Part shown: in pieces, positions 24,074-29,481 of the stretch | Layout of the letters: every line of letters begins with the position of its first letter | Position numbering within the stretch: the stretch's first letter is position 1 | NCBI GenBank assembly: GCA_965204545.1 | Contig: CBDBFA010000003.1 | Location: forward strand, 2,658,357 to 2,690,356 | DNA: 32,000 nucleotides | Direction of reading: 5' to 3' | Source: Opitutales bacterium | Lineage (GTDB): Bacteria > Verrucomicrobiota > Verrucomicrobiia > Opitutales > UBA2995 | Notes under the pieces: generated by a model | Told to the model about the DNA's origin: nothing | What the model saw: only the letters and a program-made list of their open reading frames with translations | Databases searched by the model: none | Program-made: the position numbers and the translations under genes

Positions 24074-24193
24074 ATGTGATCGTGATAGAATTAAGAAAAG
24101 CCTCTCGCAAAGCTCGCCAAGAACGCTGAGAAAAGGCACAGAGGCGCCGGGGGCGCCAATTAAGAATTAGGAATTAGGAATGGGGAATGAAAA

Positions 24194-24241
24194 GGCACAA
24201 AGGCACAAAGGCACAAAGGCACAAAGGCACAAAGGCACAAA
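24194..24241 (+). repeat. 8-bp microsatellite (GGCACAAA)x6
   Basis: Six perfect units that directly abut GTG 24242. Confidence 0.95.
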
Positions 24242-24292
24242 GTGAGCGGGTTCAGAGCATATCGAAATTTAATTGTTTGGCAAAAGGGAAGG
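24242..24292 (+). pseudogene. Truncated N-terminal remnant of a four-helix-bundle (TIGR02436-like) gene
   Basis: It translates to VSGFRAYRNLIVWQKGR, the family's N-terminal motif. The sequence then runs into a CTCTCGCAAAG box and hairpin repeats instead of the helical body. Confidence 0.55.
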
Positions 24293-24313
24293 ACTCTCGC
24301 AAAGAGCACGCAA

Positions 24314-24383
24314 GTAGGAGCGGCTTTAAGCCGCGATCCCATGAAACAGCCTCACCGCAATCGCGGGATAAACCCGCTCCTAC
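24314..24383 (-). repeat. 70-bp double-hairpin element (TGTAGGAGCGG.. type), copy 1
   Basis: GTAGGAGCGGCTTTAAGCCGCGAT ...spacer... ATCGCGGGATAAACCCGCTCCTAC. Its reverse complement aligns along its full length with 25852-25920. Strand is assigned relative to copy 2. Confidence 0.85.
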
Positions 24384-24474
24384 AGCTTGATACCACTACT
24401 CCCTTCTCCCCATTCTTAATTCTTCATTCCTAATTCCTAATTGGCGCCCACGGCGCCTCTTATCCGTGGTTTAT

Positions 24475-25650
24475 TCAGCTTAAGGCCTTTTCCAGGTTTT
24501 GCCAATTGGCTATCAGGTGCCCTCTGCTTTGGTGAAGTGTGTCGTCACCCGAATAAATCAGGAGGGTCTTGTCGTTCTTTCCATGATCATGGCGCTTCCA
24601 GTAATCGAGACCGGCAAAGAAGGAAGCGTTCAAGGTCTGCCCTGATTTAACTTCGATGGCCAGGCGCATTGGCCCTTGATCAAGCAGAAAGTCTATTTCG
24701 TTTTTGTGACTATCTCTCCAAAAAAACAAGTTCGAAGGCTCTGCGCGGTTGTATTGACACTTGAGGATTTCCGAAAAGACCAGGGTTTCAAAGAGGTAGC
24801 CGCGAAGCGGGTGGTGCTCCAACTGATATGGTTCCCTCATGCCAAGCAACCAGGATGCCAAACCCGTATCCACAAAGTACAGCTTGGGCCTCTTGACCAA
24901 GCGCTTGTTAAAATTGCTATGGTAGGGTTTCAACAGATGGATAACGTAGCTGGCCTCCAGCACCGATAGCCAACTCTTGGCCGTTTTGTAATCAATCGAG
25001 GCCTCATTACAGAGCGCCCCAATATCGAGGATTCTACCCGTTCGTCCGGCGCAAAGGCGCAGAAATGTCTGAAAGCTCGATAGATCCCGAATGTTAATCA
25101 ATTGCCTGACGTCACGCTCCAGATAGGTTTGGACATAGGCCCCAAACCAGAGACGCGGATTGGCCCCATGGATCGCGGTGGAGGGGTAAAGGCCTTTCCA
25201 TAGGATCTCATTGGCATTAACCGGCTTTTCCAACTCGCCCTTCGTTTCGCCAAAACTCAATGGCAGAAGCTTCAGGTAACCCGCCCTCCCCGCCAATGAT
25301 TGGGAGATCTTTTGGTCGAGTAGAAATTGATGGGAACCCGTCAGGATGAACCTTCCATTCCATCGTTTCCTATCTACGATTCCTTGCAAATAGGAGAAAA
25401 GCTCGGGCGCTTGTTGCACCTCGTCGATGACCGCGCCTTCGCCTAGAGCAGACAGGAATCCTCTAGGGTCGGAGTGGGCTGCCTCGCGAAGGTCCGGATC
25501 CTCCATGGAAACGTACGGTTTCTCCGGAAACGCAGTTTGAGCAAGCGTGGTCTTTCCGGATTGACGAGGCCCGGTGATGGCAACGACTGGAAACGTTTGA
25601 GCAAGCTCTTCACACGCGGTTTGAGCTATTCTCGGAACAATTTTGTGCAT
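24475..25650 (-). CDS. AAA+ ATPase with C-terminal DUF4143-type domain (AAA_14/DUF4143 family)
   Basis: Walker A is GPRQSGKTTLAQ, Walker B-like is GAVIDEVQ, and the length and layout are typical of the family. I prefer ATG 25650 (MHKIVPRIAQ...) over TTG 25680. The gene is visibly AT-richer than the sugar genes (by eye). Confidence 0.75.
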   Translation of the reverse strand: MHKIVPRIAQTACEELAQTFPVVAITGPRQSGKTTLAQTAFPEKPYVSMEDPDLREAAHSDPRGFLSALGEGAVIDEVQQAPELFSYLQGIVDRKRWNGRFILTGSHQFLLDQKISQSLAGRAGYLKLLPLSFGETKGELEKPVNANEILWKGLYPSTAIHGANPRLWFGAYVQTYLERDVRQLINIRDLSSFQTFLRLCAGRTGRILDIGALCNEASIDYKTAKSWLSVLEASYVIHLLKPYHSNFNKRLVKRPKLYFVDTGLASWLLGMREPYQLEHHPLRGYLFETLVFSEILKCQYNRAEPSNLFFWRDSHKNEIDFLLDQGPMRLAIEVKSGQTLNASFFAGLDYWKRHDHGKNDKTLLIYSGDDTLHQSRGHLIANWQNLEKALS

Positions 25651-25690
25651 ATTTTGGAATAAACTCCAAAATTTACACAAGTCAATGGAG

Positions 25691-26022
25691 AAAAGGATGA
25701 AGGCTGAAGGAGGAAGGCTAAAAATAAATCGTGATGGTGATCGAAAGGAGAATTGACTCTCGCAAAGCTCGCTAAGAACGCTAAGAAGTGCCGGGCGCGC
25801 GAATTACGAGATTTCATTCTCCAACATCAATTGATAACCTATTACAAAACTGTAGGAGGGGGTTTATCCCCCGATTGCAGTGAGGCTATTTAAAAGATCG
25901 GGGGATAAACCCCCTCCTACAGTTCTCCAAATCACCATCCCATGAACATTTTCTCCTTCCTCCCCCATTCCTAATTCCTGATTGGCGCCCCCGGCGTCTC
26001 TCATCTGTGTAATCCGTGGTCG
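25691..26022. repeat. Intergenic mosaic J
   Basis: Modules: AAGGATGAAGGCTGAAGGAGGAAGGCTAAA 25691-25724; GATC-type block 25727-25748; CTCTCGCAAAGCTCGCTAAGAACGCTAAGAAG 25757-25788; double hairpin 25850-25922; reverse TAGGAAT+GGCGCCcccGGCGTC 25962-25998; reverse CACGGAT 26002-26022. Confidence 0.9.
25850..25922 (+). repeat. 73-bp double-hairpin element, copy 2 (perfect 26-bp arms)
   Basis: CTGTAGGAGGGGGTTTATCCCCCGAT (25850-25875) and ATCGGGGGATAAACCCCCTCCTACAG (25897-25922) are exact reverse complements. The spacer is 21 nt, TGCAGTGAGGCTATTTAAAAG. Confidence 0.95.
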
Positions 26023-26051
26023 TTTCTTTTTTTCTTTCTCCAACTCTGGAA

Positions 26052-26188
26052 GTGAAAAAGGGGTCAGCCCTAGTATTGAAGTATTAACCATTGATGAGCA
26101 TGGAAAAGAAAGTTAATCCCAGTAGCGTAGAAATGGGGCGAATCAGAACCGTTCAATACTTCAATACTAGGGCTGACCCCTTTTTCAC
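26052..26188. repeat. 137-bp element with perfect 34-bp terminal inverted repeats (MITE-like or large hairpin)
   Basis: 26052-26085 GTGAAAAAGGGGTCAGCCCTAGTATTGAAGTATT is the exact reverse complement of 26155-26188. The spacer is 69 bp. The right arm ends 5 nt before ATG 26194. Confidence 0.95.
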
Positions 26189-26193
26189 CGTTC

Positions 26194-27384
26194 ATGATCA
26201 GGATTGAATCCATACGGGCTCGAACCATTCCGCTGCAGGCCGATTACCGTAATGCCACGGTTAGTTTTGCCGGGCTGACGGGATCGGTTGTGGCCATTCT
26301 GGCCAGAGGGGATGATGGATCCGTTGAAGTCGGCTATGGATTCGGGTCCATAGGCCGTTACGCCCAAACTGAAATGATCCGGGAGCGGTTTGGGCCTCGC
26401 CTGCTGCGGGCGGACCCTTCCGCCTACAACTGGGATGGATTCCCGGATCCCGTTCGGTTGAATCGGCTCATGCGCCGCGACGAAAAGCAAGGGGGTCACG
26501 GGGAGCGATCGGTTGCTATCGGAGCGATCGACATGGCGGCCTGGGATCTCTATGCCAAACTCGAGCGGAAGCCGCTCTTTCTCTGTCTGGCGGAGCGCTT
26601 TAACGGGGGCCGATCCGATCCCTCGGTCGAGGTCTATGCGGCGGGGGGATACTATTATCGTGAGGGAGGACGGGCCCGGTTGCGACGGGAGTTGGAGGGT
26701 TATCTGGAAAGGGGATTTCGCTCGGTCAAGATCAAGATCGGCGGCGCATCCTTGAAGGAGGATCTGCAGCGGATAGAAACCGCCATCGCCACGGTGGGTT
26801 CTCCGGGTGACGTGGCGGTAGATGCGAACGGCCGCTTCAGCGGGGAAGAAGCGCTGGAATGGGGAAGAGCCATGGAGGATTTGAACCTGCGTTGGTATGA
26901 GGAGCCGGTAGATCCATTGGATTTCGAGGCCTACAACCAGTTGGGTTCAGCTTACGGGCCGCCCCTGGCAACCGGGGAGAACCTCTTCTCCCTGCAGGAG
27001 GTAAAAAACCTGATTCACTACGCCGGGTTGCGTCCGGATCGGGATATTCTGCAGATGGATCCGGGTTTGGCTTATGGGGTCTCGGAATACCTGGAAATCA
27101 TCCAAGCCTTGGAAAGCGCCGGTTGGTCGCGGAGAAGCTGTTTCCCGCACGGAGGGAATTTGTTCAACCTTCACATCGCCCAAGGCCTGCAGATCGGGGG
27201 AACGGAAGTCTATCCCGAAGTTTTTGCCCCTCTCGGAGGATTTGGAGAGTCGGTTGAAATCGAGAACGGACGGGCCTCCGCTCCCGAGGTAACGGGTATC
27301 GGTTGGGAAACCAAGCCCGATTTGATGGATTGTTTCACAGAATTGAGGGCGATGGAGTGGGGGAGTGATGGAATTGTGGAGTGA
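26194..27384 (+). CDS. Enolase-superfamily (mandelate racemase/muconate lactonizing enzyme family) acid-sugar dehydratase, cytoplasmic
   Basis: 396 aa. K-x-K in SVKIKIGG, and metal ligand pattern VDANG / YEEP / ATGEN; PHGG follows. The last ~10 codons (MEWGSDGIVE) and the TGA lie in the GGAGTGATGG repeat. Confidence 0.75.
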   Translation: MIRIESIRARTIPLQADYRNATVSFAGLTGSVVAILARGDDGSVEVGYGFGSIGRYAQTEMIRERFGPRLLRADPSAYNWDGFPDPVRLNRLMRRDEKQGGHGERSVAIGAIDMAAWDLYAKLERKPLFLCLAERFNGGRSDPSVEVYAAGGYYYREGGRARLRRELEGYLERGFRSVKIKIGGASLKEDLQRIETAIATVGSPGDVAVDANGRFSGEEALEWGRAMEDLNLRWYEEPVDPLDFEAYNQLGSAYGPPLATGENLFSLQEVKNLIHYAGLRPDRDILQMDPGLAYGVSEYLEIIQALESAGWSRRSCFPHGGNLFNLHIAQGLQIGGTEVYPEVFAPLGGFGESVEIENGRASAPEVTGIGWETKPDLMDCFTELRAMEWGSDGIVE

Positions 27385-27530
27385 TGGAATGGGCGAGATG
27401 AGTTTCAGAGTTTAATCGTGATCGTGATCTTGATCGTGATCGAAAATAACGGAGGGGGGACATTCCTGTCCCCCAATTTTTCATTTAAAATAGGCACGCT
27501 GGGCTTTGGAGTGGAACTGCTTTGCAGTTC
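27351..27530. repeat. Intergenic mosaic K
   Basis: Modules: GGAGTGATGG-type run 27351-27393; GATC block 27414-27447; AACGGAGG+hairpin GGGGGACA-ttcc-TGTCCCCC+CAATTT 27447-27481; 32-bp repeat copy 2 at 27499-27530 (reverse complement of 1101-1132). Confidence 0.9.
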
Positions 27531-27703
27531 AATGCATGGCGGATGTAGGAAAGCTTATGGAAGAAGGGGTCAAGACGTAAAAAGTTATGCCATACTCCTT
27601 GGAGTACGCAAGGCATGACCCCGACGACCCAGGTGAGACATAATATTGCTGGCACGGATGCGAATGTAATGGTTATATTCGAGATTCAAAAGCCGTTTAA
27701 ACT

Positions 27704-29011
27704 ATGAAGCGTCGCCAATTTTTGGGTCTGGGTCTTACCGGAATGGCCGGTTTAGGAGGGCAAAGCCTTCTGGCCCGCTCGAAGGAGTCAGAAGCGCATT
27801 ATGCCAAAGCGGAGGACTTGAACCTCGAAATTACCGACCTGCGGACCTTTGTGGTCGATTCGGCAAACGACGAAAATTTCGTTTACGTCAAGATCTACAC
27901 CAACCAAGGAATAACCGGTCTCGGTGAAGGAACCATGACGGGCAAAGGACTTACGGTGGAAGCGGCCATTCAGGAGCACAAGCGCTATCTTCTAGGTAAG
28001 GATCCGACCGATATCGAACGCTTGTGGCAGGGTATGTTTCGAGGTCCCCGTTACCGGGGCGGCCCTATCCTCACCTCCGCCATCAGTGCGGTGGAGATCG
28101 CCTTGTGGGATATTCTGGGAAAGGCGCTGGGACAGCCTATCTGGAAACTTCTGGGAGGAAAGGCGCGCGATAAAGTCCGTGTCTATCCGCACGTGCGAAG
28201 CGGCAACGTTCTCATGCATCACCACCAGCCTCCCGGAACGCCGAAACCCGAACCGCTCTCATATCCGGAAATGTACTTGAAGCGGAAAGAACAGGGATGG
28301 ACCGCATGCAAGGCCGGTTTCCTGGAGGCCGAGAATAATCTGGTCGAGCCGGCCAAGATGATTCGAAAGGCCATCGACAGGCTCAGGCGGGTACGGGAAG
28401 CGGTGGGCGCGGATTTCGACATCTTGATCGATGCCCATGGGAAGCCGACAACGCCCATGGCGATTCAGTTTTGCCGCCGGGCGGAGGAGTATGATCCCTT
28501 CTGGGTGGAGGAAGCGACCCAGCAGGAAGACATTGGGGAGTTGGCTCTCCTGCGGTCGCAAACGGCCGTGCCTTTGGCCACAGGGGAACGATTGTTGACC
28601 AAGTACGCGTTCAACGAGATCTGCGCCAGGCACTTGGTGAATTACGTAAACCCGGACGTGGTCCATTGCGGAGGGATTGGGGAGATGCGTAAAATTGCCG
28701 CTTTGGCCGAGGCCTTTCGCATCGAAGTTTCGCCGCACAATCCGCAGAGCGAAGTAAGCACCATGGCCAGCCTGCACGTGTGCATGAGCACACCCAACGC
28801 CACCTTACTGGAAATCGGCTCTGGCCAGTCTCCCTATTTCCAGGACCTATTTTATGGTGGAGGGGTAGTATTTGAAAATGGATTCGCGTTACCGCCGGAC
28901 CGGCCAGGCCTTGGATTGGATCTGGACGAAACGGTAGCGGCCAAAATGCCCTATAAACCCAAGGACTGGAGCGCCCATCGTTGGCCCGACGGTTCCATTG
29001 GCGATCGTTAA
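27704..29011 (+). CDS. Enolase-superfamily dehydratase (galactonate/mannonate-dehydratase-like) with twin-arginine signal peptide
   Basis: 435 aa. The N-terminus is MKRRQFLGLGLTGMAGLGGQSLLARS (RRxFLG plus an h-region). The canonical barrel start follows (LEITDLRTFVV..VKIYTNQGITGLGE), then ALWDILGK, IDAHGK, VEEATQQED, ATGERL and HCGG. Confidence 0.75.
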   Translation: MKRRQFLGLGLTGMAGLGGQSLLARSKESEAHYAKAEDLNLEITDLRTFVVDSANDENFVYVKIYTNQGITGLGEGTMTGKGLTVEAAIQEHKRYLLGKDPTDIERLWQGMFRGPRYRGGPILTSAISAVEIALWDILGKALGQPIWKLLGGKARDKVRVYPHVRSGNVLMHHHQPPGTPKPEPLSYPEMYLKRKEQGWTACKAGFLEAENNLVEPAKMIRKAIDRLRRVREAVGADFDILIDAHGKPTTPMAIQFCRRAEEYDPFWVEEATQQEDIGELALLRSQTAVPLATGERLLTKYAFNEICARHLVNYVNPDVVHCGGIGEMRKIAALAEAFRIEVSPHNPQSEVSTMASLHVCMSTPNATLLEIGSGQSPYFQDLFYGGGVVFENGFALPPDRPGLGLDLDETVAAKMPYKPKDWSAHRWPDGSIGDR

Positions 29012-29188
29012 CCGGCATGTCTCACAAAATTCGTAGCGAGCGAATGGAGGTCGAGTGCTGGCGGGGGCTTCGTGCAGATTCGGGGGTGAAGCCGGGTCGA
29101 CACCCTGCAAAGTCCCGAATCCAACAAAGTCAGCGCCAGTGCCGACATACCTGAGCGCAGTAGAAAATTTGTGAGACATGCCGGTTAA
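29008..29188. repeat. 181-bp imperfect long hairpin / MITE-like element with 21-bp perfect terminal inverted repeats
   Basis: TTAACCGGCATGTCTCACAAA (29008-29028) is the exact reverse complement of 29168-29188. Inner complementary pairs are GTCG..CTGGCG 29050-29063 with 29134-29146, GATTCGGG 29077-29084 with CCCGAATC 29114-29121, and GGGT-cgac-ACCC 29094-29105. The left arm contains the TAA stop (29009-29011) of the preceding gene. Confidence 0.9.
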
Positions 29189-29332
29189 GGGGACCACCTC
29201 AATGTCGAAGGGTTCATTCAGGTCGGGAAACGGGGTCTTTTTTAGGGTGGTGTTGTTGCTGGTGGGTCTGTTTCGCTTAGGAGCGGGAGAAGTGCGAAAG
29301 ACCTGGAAGTAAATGGCTTCATTTAAACAAAT

Positions 29333-29469
29333 AACCACAGAGGGCACAGAGAGTGGAGGAGAAGGAGGGAGTGATGGAGTGGTACCTCTCTACCCATCAC
29401 TCCACCAATCGATCACGATTAATTTCAGCGCCTTTAGCCTTCATCCTTCATCCTTCTTCCTTTTCTCCC
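29333..29469. repeat. Intergenic mosaic L
   Basis: Modules: AACCACAGAGGGCACAGAGAG 29333-29353; GGAGGAGAAGGAGGGAGTGATGGAGTGG 29354-29382 with an inverted partner CCCATCACTCCACC 29393-29406; GATC-type block 29407-29424; CCTTTAGCCTTCATCCTTCATCCTTCTTCC 29431-29469. Confidence 0.9.
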
Positions 29470-29481
29470 TAATCCCTGTTA

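Larger units (their letters stand above)
24073..24474. repeat. Intergenic mosaic I (contains a 321-bp TIR-bounded unit 24140-24460)
   Basis: Modules: GATC block 24073-24092; CTCTCGCAAAGCTCGCCAAGAACGCTGAG 24102-24130; GGCGCCgggGGCGCC 24143-24157; AATTAAGAATTAGGAATTAGGAATGGGG 24158-24185; (GGCACAAA)x6 24194-24241; four-helix-bundle remnant 24242-24292; box 24294-24314; double hairpin 24314-24383; reverse TAGGAAT+GGCGCCcacGGCGCC 24408-24457; reverse CACGGAT 24458-24474. The 35-mers 24140-24174 and 24426-24460 are inverted repeats (33/35). Confidence 0.9.

Noticed and set aside
24475-25650. The DUF4143 AAA ATPase as a stand-alone anti-phage defence system.
   Set aside because: It is a single gene with no nuclease, effector or sensor partner in the window, and the family is not an established defence system by itself. 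It is kept only as a repeat-flanked island in the findings.
27566-27622. Possible regulatory hairpin (GGGGTCA...TGACCCC with inner ATGCC/GGCAT and ACTCC-tt-GGAGT) about 80 nt upstream of the Tat-signal dehydratase.
   Set aside because: The stems are short and partly mutually exclusive, and there is no second copy or known riboswitch motif. It is indistinguishable from chance complementarity without comparative data.
28889-29347. 152-aa minus-strand ORF spanning the 181-bp hairpin element.
   Set aside because: It overlaps the 3' end of the dehydratase gene and runs through both arms of the inverted repeat. It has no motifs and is best explained as a chance ORF.
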